Origin: Candidatus Multivoradales bacterium | Lineage (GTDB): Bacteria > Acidobacteriota > Thermoanaerobaculia > Multivoradales > J023 | DNA: 64,000 nt | NCBI GenBank assembly: GCA_965248925.1 | Contig: CBDFLE010000005.1 | Span: 1,888,001 to 1,952,000, forward strand | Direction: 5' to 3' | Shown: one piece after another, positions 51,621 through 62,421 of the stretch | Layout of the letters: each line of letters begins with the position of its first letter | Numbering within the stretch: position 1 is the first letter of the stretch | Notes under the pieces: generated by a model | What the model was told of the DNA's origin: nothing | Databases searched by the model: none | The model's input: the letters and a program-made list of their open reading frames with translations, nothing else | Program-made: the position numbers and the translations under genes

Positions 51621-51937
51621 GGTGGCGCCTCACCCTCGGCCAGAAATGCCGTCCGCAGGGTCTCGCGGAACTCCTTGCCGCCGGCCTTGGGCGGGGCGTC
51701 CAGATGCTCGGCCGGGTCGCACATCGTGACCCGGCGAAAGAACTCCTCGGGGGTGATCTCCATCGCCCCGAGGAGCCTCTCGAGGCTCGACAGGGTCACC
51801 ACGCGGGTGGCCCAAACCCGGGTCAGGTAGCCGCCGCTGAAGCCGGCTCGCACCTCGATCTCGGTCTGATTCAGCGGGTGGGCCTCGATCACCCGCTGAA
51901 GAATCTCGATCAGTTGCTGTTGAAGCTGCCCTGGCAT
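51614..51937 (-). CDS. XRE-like helix-turn-helix protein, possibly 3'-truncated
   Basis: GGAGG RBS; NQTEIEVRAGFSGGYLTRV..LERLLGAMEITPEEFF. Confidence 0.6.
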   Translation of the reverse strand: MPGQLQQQLIEILQRVIEAHPLNQTEIEVRAGFSGGYLTRVWATRVVTLSSLERLLGAMEITPEEFFRRVTMCDPAEHLDAPPKAGGKEFRETLRTAFLAEGEAPPG

Positions 51938-52811
51938 AGTCGCGCCCTCCTGCCCCGCTGGCATCTGTCGGCATCTGCCGGCAAAGTCTCCAAATTCAAC
52001 GATCAGACTAGTTCGATCAACAAAATCTTCTCTCATTTTCTCTGAAAGGGAATGGTTTTGTCTAGACGGAAAGGAGAGAGCTAGGGTCACAGCAGACCCC
52101 GCGGAGAAACCCAGCCGCGGTATCGGACCGCCCCAAGACCTGTAGACCCGGAGTCAGCCAGTTGAAAAAATCCACCGATTCCCCCCAGACCCCAGCCGCT
52201 GGCGCCGCGGCCGGTCGCCACGATTTCCTGGAGAGCACCCGTCTGGATGTCAAGCGAGTCGCAGCCAACTGGAGCGGTCACAGCCACGAGCCCGCAGAGC
52301 CGCCGGAAGGGGCCGCGGGATGAGCGGGGCACCGCCAGTACAACCGCTTGAGCGAGGAAGTCCTGGCCAGCCTGAAGTCCCGAGTGCGGAGCGACGAGAT
52401 CCGAGCCTTCAAGGAAGTTCCGGCGGGTCTGGATCTCTTTGGCCAGTGCGCACCCCGCCGAAGCCATTCTTGCGCGCGCCTACGAGCGATTATCGCCGGC
52501 CTCCATGCAGGTGGAATACCGAAGAGGAATCCTGAATTTTGCCCTATCTTCGCCAGAATCTGTCGCCACTTGGCCTCAAGGCCAGTGAATACTCGTCTTC
52601 GGCGGGAGAAATCCCTACATGGAATTCAGTAGCTCCGAAGAGCCGACTGCGAAAAGCTGGGCCATCGGGACCCAAATGAACCGAGGAACTGAAGTTTCTG
52701 CGAATTGGCTTGTAACTTTTGAATCGAATCTGCGCCTATAGATGTTTGAAGGCCCAGCCCAGCCACTCGGCTGGCGGCGAAATCAGCTGATGATCGGGGA
52801 CGATTGAGATT

Positions 52812-55800
52812 ATGGTAGCTGCAAACCGACCGATAAGAGCCAGAAGCCACCCGGCCTACCGGGTCACTCCATGGATGGTTTGCTTGCTGCTGGTGGCAGC
52901 CTTGTGGGTCTGCCCAACAGCCGTTTGGGCGCAGGGTCCGCGCGCGGTATTGGTGGTCGGCAATGTGAGCCTGTCAGCAGCGGATGCGGCGGTCGCGATA
53001 CGCCTGGACGCCCTGGGATTCGAGGTGTTGGTGGTCGACGACTCCAAGGCAGCTCCGAGCGACGAGCGGGGTGCCGCGTTGGTGGCGATCTCATCAAGCG
53101 TTAGACCTGCCCGCCTCGACTCCGGCTTCCGCGACCTCGAAACCCCGCTGGTGGTCTGGGAGCATCAGCTTTTCGCCGCCCTGGGCCTCACCGAAGGCGA
53201 AGAAGACACTGATTTTGGCCGCACCAGCGGTGAGACCGAAGTGGCCATCGTCCAAGCTAGTCACCCCCTTGCCGCCGGCCTGAATGGCACCCCGACAACC
53301 ACTTCGAGCCCCTCCACCTTCGCCTGGGGCCGACCTGGTTCGGCAGCAGAGGTAGTGGCCACCGAGGTTGGCAACCCCGAGCATGCCACCCTCTTCGCCT
53401 ACGAGGCTGATGTCATCATGCCCGGCCTGCTGTCGGCACCGGCGCGGCGAGTGGCCCTCTTCATGGACGGCACCAGCAGCGCCGTCTTGACCGCGGAAGG
53501 GCTGGCGCTCTTCGATGCCGCGGTAATTTGGGCCAGCAGCCGGGGAGTTCCCAACTTACGACCGGTTGTGGCCATCACCGCGCCGGTTTCCGGAGCTACG
53601 TTCACCGTTGGCGAGAGCATCACTTTCACTGCCCAGGCATCCGATGCCGATGGCAACATCGCGTCGGTCAGCTTTCAGCTCTATGGCATATCGGTGGGAA
53701 ATGCCACTACCGCGGCTCCCTACTCGCTGCGAATCTCCAATTTACCGGCGGGGCTCTATGCGCTGCGGGCGCGGGCGGTCGACGAGCGGGGCTTGGTAAC
53801 CGTCTCGGAACCGAGCTACTTCCAAGTTGGCTCGCAAGCCTATAGCGCCTTGCTGGTCGCCGGAAATGATGGGCCAACGGCCGGTGATCAGGCGATCCTC
53901 GAACACCTCAATCGCCTTGGACTGATGGTCACCACGGCGGTGGACGAAACCGTCACAGCGGACAGCGACACGAGCCACACGGTGGTGCTGGTTTCGGCGT
54001 CGGCCCGCGCCGGTAAGCTCCGGTCGGTACTTCGTGACGTCGAGACTCCGGTGATGACCTGGGACCACGGTTTCTATCGTCGGCAACAAATGACTGGCCC
54101 GATCTCTAGCGTCGATCATGGGGTTGAGGGTGATCAAGCAGCAGTTACCCTCGACGCCGGCAACTCGTTTCTGGCGGCCGGCCTCCAGGGCTCGCCGCTG
54201 CTCTTTACCCATCCTCAGACCCTCGCTTGGGGAGTAGCGAGCGACGAAGCGCAAATCGTGGCGACGCTCGCCACCGACGACGGACGCGCAGCCCTCTTCG
54301 CCTACCAGCCTGGGGCAGCCATGGTCACGGCGATCGCCCCCGCCCGCCGCCTCGGCTTTCCCCTCGCCCGCAACGCCGCCAGCGAGCTGAGTGCGGCCGG
54401 CTGGCGTCTATTCGAGACCGCGGTAGCCTGGAGTGCTGGCTTCGATGCCTTTGCCAACAACCAGCCTCCACAAGTTGATTTGTCGGCTCCAGCAGACGGC
54501 TTGGCGGTGCCGGCCGGCGAACCGATCGCCCTGGCGGCCAACGCCGTTGATCTTGACGGCAGCGTGGCGGAAGTGATCTTCAAAGCCAACGGTGAGACTA
54601 TCGCGACCACAAGTGCAGAGCCCTACTCGGCGACCTGGATGGGTGCCGCCGTCGGTCGCTACGCGGTGACCGCGGAAGCGCGAGATGACCGCGGCGCGGT
54701 GACCATCTCATCACCTGCACGAGTCGAAGTCGGCACCCCGCCAGGCTCGGTCCTGATGATCGTTGGCAGCGAGCCGAGCTCAGGCGATACGACGGTCGCA
54801 GTCCGCCTGCAATCGACCGGTTACAACGTGACCCAGATCAGCTCCGAAGCATTCTCACCGGCCGACGGGCTGGTGGCCAGCGCGCTGCTGGTGTCCGCCA
54901 CCGCCCGCGCAGGCGACCTCGGTAGGGTGCTTAGTAATCTACCGATTCCGACGCTGACCTGGAATCACCATCTATTTGACAATCTAGGCATGACCGGCAC
55001 CGAGAACGGCGTCGACCACGGCCGTGCGCCGGATCAATTCCAGCTCGAGGTGTCCGGCGGATCGTTCCTGGCCGCCGGGCTGAGTGGCGGGGTTGGGGTT
55101 TCCTCGGCGCCGTCCCGGTTCACCTGGGGCATGCCGAACAGCGAAGCGGCGGTCGTCGCAACTCTGGTGGGCGACCCGGGCCGGGCAGCAATCTTCAGCT
55201 ATGAGCGCGGCGCCTTGATGCCCGGTGGTGTTGCCCTCGCCCGGAGAGTCGGATTCTTCCTCGGAACCACCGGTGCCAACAGCTTGGTCGACAACGGATG
55301 GGCCTTATTCGATGCCGCGATGGCTTGGACAGCTGGCCTTGAGCCTGGAAACCGGCCACCGTCGGTCAGCATCACCACGCCTGCGGCCGGGACCGAGTTT
55401 GCCCTCGACGAGACCCTTACATTCTCAATCGAAGCTAGCGACATCGATGGCACAGTGGCCAGGGTTGAAGTGCTGGCGGCGGGTACCACCATCGGCGTCG
55501 CCACAGCTTCACCGTGGCAAGTCGAATGGACCGCTTCCTCGGCGGGCGTGGTGCCGATCGCCGCTCGGGCCGTTGACGATCAGGGCGCGGCGACCCCCTC
55601 GGCACCGATCTCTATTGTCATCGGCGGTGCTTCGCGAACGGCCCTGCTGATCGTTGGCGAATCGGATCTTGGCGCGGGCGATGCCGCGGTGCGCTCTCAT
55701 CTTGAACGCTTGGGGTATCAGGTTGCGGTGGCGAGTGCGACGGATGTGACGGCGGCAGAGGCCGGTGAAGTGGCGGTGGTCTTGATCTCCTCCACGGTCA

Positions 55801-58800
55801 GAGCGCGCGAGATTGATCCGGCGTTCAGCGATCTGGAGGTGCCGATCATCACTTGGGAAAACCGGCTCTACGACGATCTCGGTTTCACCGGCGATCAGGC
55901 GAACGTCGATTTTGGGCGAGCCCGGAAGCAGATCGCCATTGATGTCACCGATGGCGCACTGTTCGGTCAGCCTGATCTCGCCGGTCTCACCGGTGTTACC
56001 ACCCGTCCCCGAGCCATGGCCTGGGGCCTCCCCGGCGCAGCAGCACAGGTAGTGGCGAGGCTCGCCGACGGCTCCGGCCTGGCGACCCATTTCGCCTATG
56101 AGGCTGGCAGCGAGATGGCGGTCGGAATAGCTCCTGCAAGGCGTGTCGCCCTCGGCCTGCACAACGGTACCGCTGCTGCTCTGGCGCCAGCCGGCTGGGC
56201 GCTCTTCGATGGCGCCATCGCCTGGGCCACCGGCATCGAAATCGCCCCGCTACCCGACGACACGACCCCGCCAAGTCTGGCGATCACGGCCCCGGTAGAC
56301 GGCACCATCGTCAACACCTCAACTCCGACCATCACCCTGACCTATGACGATCCGCGCAGTGGCATCGAGGCCACGACTCTCGAAGTGCGGCTCGACGGTG
56401 GAGTGATCACCTCCAGTTGCCAGGTCACCGCCAGTGGGGCAACCTGCCAGGCGATTGCACTCGCCGAGGGCAGTCATGGCTTGACAGCGACCATCGCCGA
56501 CCTGGCGGGGAACTTGGCGACGGCGGAGGCTAGCTTCTCGGTTGAATTGTTGGTGCCAGATGCGGTTTCGCCAAGTATTTTGGTTCTTGCCCCTCATACC
56601 GGAGAAATCTTGATCGCTGAACTGCCGAGTGTGATCGTCACCTATTTCGATAGGAAAAGTGGGATCGCAGAAAGCAGCTTCCTGGCAGACCTCGACGGAG
56701 TTGCTCTAGCATGCACCGTCGGTCCTATCGAGGCCTCCTGCGACGTTACCGAACTTGCGGCAGGCCGTCACACCCTCGCTGCCAGTGTTCAAGATAGTGC
56801 CGGGAATGAAGCGGCCATCACCTTTGAATTCACGGCGCTATTGGCAAGACCAGATACCAGCGCCCCAGATCTACAAATCTCCTCGCCTCTCGACGGTACA
56901 CTTGTCGGCGACGCCACGCCCGAGATCCGAGTAGCATATGCGGACGACGACTCGGGGCCAGATCTGCAATCACTCTTGATCGAAGTCGACGGCGTCGATC
57001 TCATCTCCTGGTGTCAGATCACAGCCGACTTCGCCGCCTGCGAATCCACCACCCTGGCTTCCGGCAGTCATTCTGTCGTGGCCGAGATCAGCGACCTCGC
57101 CGGTAACACCACGACTGTTAACCGAGTGTTCACTCTAGATCTCGATCTACCGGTGGTGATCACCTCACCGCAATCGGGTCTCCTCACCCAAGCGTCGACC
57201 CTCGATGTCATCGGCACCGTATCGCCCTTGGCCGACTCGGTCGAAGTTGCTGGGATCACCGCCCAGCTCAGCGAAGGCTCGTTCGAAGCACTCAACGTTC
57301 CGCTCACAGAGGGTAGCAACACCCTGACCGTGATCGCCCGCAACGTGGCCGGTGGCAACGGCCTCGCCAGCGTAACCCTGGTACGCGATACTGAAGGGCC
57401 GCGAATCACCTTGATCAACCCTCCCGATGGCTTCGTCACCACTTCCCCGCACCTCATCATTACCGGTGAAGTCGTCGATCTTACCTCCAGCAACACTGAA
57501 GCGGCCGTCGTTTCGGTGGAGGTCAATGGGCTCGTCGCGGAAGTCGACCACCGGAGCTTCGTCGTGCCGGAGCTGCTCTTACAACCTGGGGAGAACTCCA
57601 TCACCGCTGTCGCCCGAGATGCGCTTGGCAACAGCCACAGCACAACGCGAATCATCCACCGGGTGATTGATTCCTCAGCCCGTCTAGAGGAGATCAGCGG
57701 CAACCTCCAGTCAGCGGCCGTTGGCACGGCGCTCGCCGAGCCGCTGGTGGTGCGCCTGACAGATGCCTTTGGAACGCCGCTGATCGGTCAACAAATCACC
57801 TTTGAAGTGACCCGTGGTGACGGTTCTCTGATCGACTTTCCCGAGGCCGTGCGCACTTTCCGAGTTCGCACCGACAGCAATGGACTAGGGTCGGCGAACT
57901 TCACCCTCGGCCGCCGGGCGGGATCAGGAAACCATGAAGTCACCGCCTCTGCTGCCGGCCGAATTGGCTCGGTGATCTTCTGCGCCTCGGGCACTTCCAG
58001 AATTCCAGAGCGAATCGTCAGGATCGCTGGCGATAATGCGATGGGAAGCCAGACCGCGATTGCCGGCAAGCGTTTCGCCAAGCCCCTGCTTACCCAAGTC
58101 TTCGACTCCTACGGCAATCCAGTCGCCGGGGTCACCGTCACTTACCAGGTTACCGATGGCGGCGGCAGCTTTGCGGGTCAGGCCACGGCTTTCGCTACCA
58201 CCGATGCCGACGGCAAAGCAGCCGTTTTCTTTGCTCTCGGCCCCGAGGAGGGGGTCAATAACAACCGAGTAGAGGCAGCGTTCGATGATGGGCAGGCAGC
58301 GCCCGCGATGTTCCAAGTCGGCGGCCAGATCCCCGGACCCGTCGAGCTGACCTCAGTGATTGGCGTCGTACTCGACAACGCCGATTTACCTGTGCCGGGC
58401 GTCACGGTGACGATCGCCCACTTGACAACGGTGAGCGATGCGCAAGGGCGCTTTCAGATCACCTCCACACCCGCCGGCAGACTGATGCTCGAAGTCGATG
58501 GAGCAACGGCCACCCGCCCTGGCACCTGGCCCCATCTGGAATTCGAACTGATCGCTGTCAGTGGCCGAGAAAACCAACTCGGCATGCCGATTCGTCTGCT
58601 GCCACTCGATGATGGCGGCGTGCGCTTGGTGGGCGGAAATCAAGACGTGACCCTACCGATCGCCGGCGTAGCTGGTGTCGAGTTGACCGTCTTCGCAAAC
58701 TCGACCACCTTCCCCGATGGCAGCTCCACCGGCGCCCTCTCTCTCACCCAGGTTCACGCCGACAAAGTACCGATGGTAGCTCCCATGGGCTCCAACTTCA

Positions 58801-60617
58801 TGCTCGCCTGGACCGTCCAACCGCCAGGGGTGAAGTTCGACCCACCGGCACGGATCGCCATCCCCAACATGGGCGAGGCGCCGGGTACGGTGGTCGACAT
58901 GTTCAGCTTCGATCATGAGCTGGGAGAATTCGTCTCGATCGGTACCGCGAGCGTCAGCGAGGATGGCAGTCAATTGCTCTCGAATCCTGGATCGGGAGTG
59001 ATCAAGAGCGGCTGGCACGGTTGCGTGCCGCCGCCGGCACCCCCGAGCAATCTCTGCAAAGGTGGAGCGTGCACTGCCTGCGCACCCACCGGCCCGGTCA
59101 GTACCTGCACCGAGTGTCAGCACTGCGACGGACCCGACGGCTGCGAACCCAACAGGATTGTCGATATTCAAGTCACCATCGAAGAAGATCGGGATACCGT
59201 GCCCGAAGGCAATACGCCGATCTCGCCCAGAAGAGCCCAGACCCGACCCATAGCGACACCGGCCAAGCAAGCGACACAACAACGCACCGTTGGGCTCAAC
59301 GCGATGGTGAGCTTCACCGCCAAAGCCACCCCCGAAGGCGAGTGCCAAGACCCGCTGACCTATGAGTGGGACTTCGGCGATGGCGAAACCGACATGGGCA
59401 AAACAGTCGAGCACCGCTTCAAAAAGAGAACCGTGGCCAACGATGATATGCCATTCATGACCACCGTCACCATCGCTTGCCCGAGCTGCCCGGACATGAC
59501 ACTTGACGAAGTCTGGGAAGTAGAAGTCGAGGGTAGCATCGAGATCCAGCGGGTGATCTCGGATCAGCTGCCAGGGCTGACCTGCAACTTCCTCGATCGT
59601 GCCGCAGGGGACGGCCCCAACAACCCGATGCTGATGGGCTGCAGGAGTGGTTCAGACGCCCAGATCCGGGTCGTCACCAAGATTGAACCACCAGCAGCGG
59701 AACCGCTAGCGCGAATCCAGGTGCGCCGCAAAGGCGGCACTGAGCGCAAGGGAGAGAACTTCGCCAAGCAGGCACCCGCCGAGACGGCGGTGATGTTCCA
59801 GGCAGACAATGGTGCAGAAATCTACGAGATCGTCGCTGGATTCTTTGAGAACGATACTGTCGGACTAGAGGATGAAGAGATCATGAACGGCGACATCTTT
59901 CCGCACAATGTGCAGGTGGTTACTCTTGGGGACTACGAAGGTGCGGCAGGAACACTGGAGTTTCAAGGTGCAATTCCGGGGACCGGCGTAGCCGGCGCCC
60001 TGCTGCGAGCATATCTCACGGGCGCTACCCCTCCACGCGCACTAGCTACGCCAAGACCTACAGCAGCAAGCAGTCTCGACCATCCAGTCGGCATTCTCCC
60101 TGCGGCAGGATCATGCACCGACACTTCTACCTTCGAGTACTCTTTCTCGTCGTCTACGTCCGAAAGTACTGAAGTAGCAAAGACCGATCAGATCGAAGAA
60201 ATCATCCGCGAAATAGTCATGCCCCACTCCGAATCTATCCGGGCGTTCTTCGCGAATTCGGACAGTCCAACCGCGATATTCCCGCAGGCGACTGGTGAAG
60301 GTCCCTGGACCGACTCTAGAGGCATCACTTGGTCGCAAATGAATCACCCTCTACTATTCCTGGCCTTTGGCAGTGTCCGCATAAACACGGAAGTCTTAGA
60401 AGTAGAAGTTCGAAAGTTCGACCTCAAAGTACTCAGAGTCAGATTTCGAGGTAACTTCGAGGATGCGTACGATTTCGCTATCAAGAAGTTCGGAAACCGC
60501 AACGGTGCAATCACCCAATCCGGCTATTCTTCACTAGGGCAAGAAGGCCATGTTTTCAGAGACTCAATCGAGTTTGAGCGCACCGCAAACTACTCACTAG
60601 GTATCTTCTTCCCATGA
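52812..60617 (+). CDS. 2601-aa secreted multidomain protein (4 tandem alpha/beta domains, Ig-like domains, carboxypeptidase-regulatory-like domain, Cys-rich linker, PKD, divergent C-terminus)
   Basis: Signal peptide; repeats; NRPPSVSITTP-type Ig starts; YEWDFGDG PKD motif. Confidence 0.88.
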   Translation: MVAANRPIRARSHPAYRVTPWMVCLLLVAALWVCPTAVWAQGPRAVLVVGNVSLSAADAAVAIRLDALGFEVLVVDDSKAAPSDERGAALVAISSSVRPARLDSGFRDLETPLVVWEHQLFAALGLTEGEEDTDFGRTSGETEVAIVQASHPLAAGLNGTPTTTSSPSTFAWGRPGSAAEVVATEVGNPEHATLFAYEADVIMPGLLSAPARRVALFMDGTSSAVLTAEGLALFDAAVIWASSRGVPNLRPVVAITAPVSGATFTVGESITFTAQASDADGNIASVSFQLYGISVGNATTAAPYSLRISNLPAGLYALRARAVDERGLVTVSEPSYFQVGSQAYSALLVAGNDGPTAGDQAILEHLNRLGLMVTTAVDETVTADSDTSHTVVLVSASARAGKLRSVLRDVETPVMTWDHGFYRRQQMTGPISSVDHGVEGDQAAVTLDAGNSFLAAGLQGSPLLFTHPQTLAWGVASDEAQIVATLATDDGRAALFAYQPGAAMVTAIAPARRLGFPLARNAASELSAAGWRLFETAVAWSAGFDAFANNQPPQVDLSAPADGLAVPAGEPIALAANAVDLDGSVAEVIFKANGETIATTSAEPYSATWMGAAVGRYAVTAEARDDRGAVTISSPARVEVGTPPGSVLMIVGSEPSSGDTTVAVRLQSTGYNVTQISSEAFSPADGLVASALLVSATARAGDLGRVLSNLPIPTLTWNHHLFDNLGMTGTENGVDHGRAPDQFQLEVSGGSFLAAGLSGGVGVSSAPSRFTWGMPNSEAAVVATLVGDPGRAAIFSYERGALMPGGVALARRVGFFLGTTGANSLVDNGWALFDAAMAWTAGLEPGNRPPSVSITTPAAGTEFALDETLTFSIEASDIDGTVARVEVLAAGTTIGVATASPWQVEWTASSAGVVPIAARAVDDQGAATPSAPISIVIGGASRTALLIVGESDLGAGDAAVRSHLERLGYQVAVASATDVTAAEAGEVAVVLISSTVRAREIDPAFSDLEVPIITWENRLYDDLGFTGDQANVDFGRARKQIAIDVTDGALFGQPDLAGLTGVTTRPRAMAWGLPGAAAQVVARLADGSGLATHFAYEAGSEMAVGIAPARRVALGLHNGTAAALAPAGWALFDGAIAWATGIEIAPLPDDTTPPSLAITAPVDGTIVNTSTPTITLTYDDPRSGIEATTLEVRLDGGVITSSCQVTASGATCQAIALAEGSHGLTATIADLAGNLATAEASFSVELLVPDAVSPSILVLAPHTGEILIAELPSVIVTYFDRKSGIAESSFLADLDGVALACTVGPIEASCDVTELAAGRHTLAASVQDSAGNEAAITFEFTALLARPDTSAPDLQISSPLDGTLVGDATPEIRVAYADDDSGPDLQSLLIEVDGVDLISWCQITADFAACESTTLASGSHSVVAEISDLAGNTTTVNRVFTLDLDLPVVITSPQSGLLTQASTLDVIGTVSPLADSVEVAGITAQLSEGSFEALNVPLTEGSNTLTVIARNVAGGNGLASVTLVRDTEGPRITLINPPDGFVTTSPHLIITGEVVDLTSSNTEAAVVSVEVNGLVAEVDHRSFVVPELLLQPGENSITAVARDALGNSHSTTRIIHRVIDSSARLEEISGNLQSAAVGTALAEPLVVRLTDAFGTPLIGQQITFEVTRGDGSLIDFPEAVRTFRVRTDSNGLGSANFTLGRRAGSGNHEVTASAAGRIGSVIFCASGTSRIPERIVRIAGDNAMGSQTAIAGKRFAKPLLTQVFDSYGNPVAGVTVTYQVTDGGGSFAGQATAFATTDADGKAAVFFALGPEEGVNNNRVEAAFDDGQAAPAMFQVGGQIPGPVELTSVIGVVLDNADLPVPGVTVTIAHLTTVSDAQGRFQITSTPAGRLMLEVDGATATRPGTWPHLEFELIAVSGRENQLGMPIRLLPLDDGGVRLVGGNQDVTLPIAGVAGVELTVFANSTTFPDGSSTGALSLTQVHADKVPMVAPMGSNFMLAWTVQPPGVKFDPPARIAIPNMGEAPGTVVDMFSFDHELGEFVSIGTASVSEDGSQLLSNPGSGVIKSGWHGCVPPPAPPSNLCKGGACTACAPTGPVSTCTECQHCDGPDGCEPNRIVDIQVTIEEDRDTVPEGNTPISPRRAQTRPIATPAKQATQQRTVGLNAMVSFTAKATPEGECQDPLTYEWDFGDGETDMGKTVEHRFKKRTVANDDMPFMTTVTIACPSCPDMTLDEVWEVEVEGSIEIQRVISDQLPGLTCNFLDRAAGDGPNNPMLMGCRSGSDAQIRVVTKIEPPAAEPLARIQVRRKGGTERKGENFAKQAPAETAVMFQADNGAEIYEIVAGFFENDTVGLEDEEIMNGDIFPHNVQVVTLGDYEGAAGTLEFQGAIPGTGVAGALLRAYLTGATPPRALATPRPTAASSLDHPVGILPAAGSCTDTSTFEYSFSSSTSESTEVAKTDQIEEIIREIVMPHSESIRAFFANSDSPTAIFPQATGEGPWTDSRGITWSQMNHPLLFLAFGSVRINTEVLEVEVRKFDLKVLRVRFRGNFEDAYDFAIKKFGNRNGAITQSGYSSLGQEGHVFRDSIEFERTANYSLGIFFP
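52938..56230 (+). repeat. four ~200-aa tandem domains spaced ~900 bp apart, separated by Ig-like domains
   Basis: Units start ~52938, 53841, 54744, 55635, each with WG.., FAYE/FSYE-like, ARRV/ARRL and LF(D/E).A..W motifs. Confidence 0.85.
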
Positions 60618-62371
60618 CCACTAGTCGACTCAGGACGTCAGCTCTAGCCATTCTCTTCTACCTGACCTTGATGGGCGAATCACATCCGACGCATGCAAAA
60701 TCACAGAGCACTCGGTGGTGCGAAACAACGATGGACTCGCCCCTTCCGATCTCTATTTTAACGAGATCAAATAGGGATGCATGGCCATCTATAACAATCG
60801 CAGATATTAAGGGAAATGCGAAATGTCATGATCTCATATGGCGTACACTCGACGAGCTATCAGCTATTCTCACTTCTCCACCGTCTGCAGATCACAAATT
60901 CGTCTCACTAAAACTCGATCAACTAACGCTGATGCGGCATGCGGCAATCCAATCTCCAGGCTACGGAAACCAACTAGTCACGAGCGCCATCGACTCAACA
61001 TGCCTCACAGTCCTTGCGAAGCATTTTGACCAACAATGGTTGGTAGAGCCATATCTCCGACATCAGCTAAATGAACTTATGGCAAGAACTCTAAAGGTCT
61101 CCCATTGGATGTCCTGGATCAAACAAGAACATCCTGACCTGGACCTCTTCATCACTGAAAGCGACAGTGACAGGCTCCCGGCGGCGGCGTTGCGCATCAT
61201 CGCCAACACGGGCTCACTCCTCTCTGATGGGCCTGGTTTGCTGGATCCCCGAGGCCTACGAAACCTAATCGACGAGCCAAACACTCACGTTCTGTTGTGG
61301 CGAGCACTAGGAATTTACATCGAGACCCAACTCAGCCTGCGTTACCTAGTAGACTACATTGAAAAGACACCAGAACGCCCCTCTGAAATACCTGATGCAG
61401 CGGCAGTAGAATTCACTCTAGCTCTAGATGAAGAAACACGTTCCATGTCTAAAGAACGGACACTTGGGATGGCCGTATTCCCTGCGCAATCCGTCGTCGA
61501 ACTGTTAGAGAGCTTGCACAACGGATTCATCGATTGGCGATATGGCTTTGACTACTCAAGAAAAGGGATACATGAATTTGTTTTCCCGAAGCTACGAGCA
61601 CATCTCAACACACCACGAGATGCCCGTGCAGTCAATTTACCTCTTCCGCTTGAACTCGTAGTCCAGGGCCACCATTGGTTCGCGGATTCCATCCCTTCAG
61701 TGGCAAAATGGAATACAGAAGAGCCCCCTGAATTCGCCGGTGCACGCCTTCGCATGCTCTGCAACGAGGGCAAAGAACAGTTCTGGTACCTGCCGATCGA
61801 GTCCGGGGACTCGATCGTGACGGCTAGCCAATGGCGAAAGGAGAGAGTGCCGCCCAATAGCAGTACGTCACTAGAGTTCGTTCTCTTATCTCCACCGATT
61901 GAAGAGCCTGGAACATACAGCTTCAGACTAGAGATATTTGACCGCCCCTTCGCTACGAACGGACCGAGCGATCCGGAGCTACTTACACTCCGGGCTCCCG
62001 CTATTGAGATCAATGTCCGCACCCGGACTCCTGCAGAGGATCGCTGCTGGCAGTCCGGACAGGCCCTCCTGGAGCAGTCATTTTCGGATCCGAAAGGCGA
62101 TTGGATTCGGGCATCGGATCCCGATGAAACCACCCGCTTGCTCGCCACTGTAGAGCGGCTCAAGGAGCCTTGCGAAAAGACCCCCTATGCCCCATATCTG
62201 GCGCTGGTCCGCACAATGTTGGTCGTCGAGGAGTCCGGTCCTGAGCCCGCACCCCAGGAGGCAATGACAACGCTGAAACAGTTGTCGGCAGACCAAGACT
62301 TCGCGTTCCGGCTCGCAGCCGACGAACTCGGACAGCAGACATTTGGCCAACGATGGGCAGTTGCACCGTGA
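60614..62371 (+). CDS. lower-GC exported hypothetical protein (candidate immunity/partner)
   Basis: ATGA-coupled to the giant gene; N-terminal hydrophobic segment; many A/T-ending codons. Confidence 0.7.
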   Translation: MTTSRLRTSALAILFYLTLMGESHPTHAKSQSTRWCETTMDSPLPISILTRSNRDAWPSITIADIKGNAKCHDLIWRTLDELSAILTSPPSADHKFVSLKLDQLTLMRHAAIQSPGYGNQLVTSAIDSTCLTVLAKHFDQQWLVEPYLRHQLNELMARTLKVSHWMSWIKQEHPDLDLFITESDSDRLPAAALRIIANTGSLLSDGPGLLDPRGLRNLIDEPNTHVLLWRALGIYIETQLSLRYLVDYIEKTPERPSEIPDAAAVEFTLALDEETRSMSKERTLGMAVFPAQSVVELLESLHNGFIDWRYGFDYSRKGIHEFVFPKLRAHLNTPRDARAVNLPLPLELVVQGHHWFADSIPSVAKWNTEEPPEFAGARLRMLCNEGKEQFWYLPIESGDSIVTASQWRKERVPPNSSTSLEFVLLSPPIEEPGTYSFRLEIFDRPFATNGPSDPELLTLRAPAIEINVRTRTPAEDRCWQSGQALLEQSFSDPKGDWIRASDPDETTRLLATVERLKEPCEKTPYAPYLALVRTMLVVEESGPEPAPQEAMTTLKQLSADQDFAFRLAADELGQQTFGQRWAVAP

Positions 62372-62421
62372 GCGACCACAAGACTAGCTCCATAGATTTT
62401 CGCTAGGAAAAGAGGCATCGC

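Noticed and set aside
52087-52632. Short ORFs between the HTH gene and the giant gene
   Set aside because: No motifs, no clear RBS, conflicting frames
52711-52740. TGTAAC-N16-CGCCTA as an ECF promoter for the giant gene
   Set aside because: Single copy and does not match the repeated motif of the protease module
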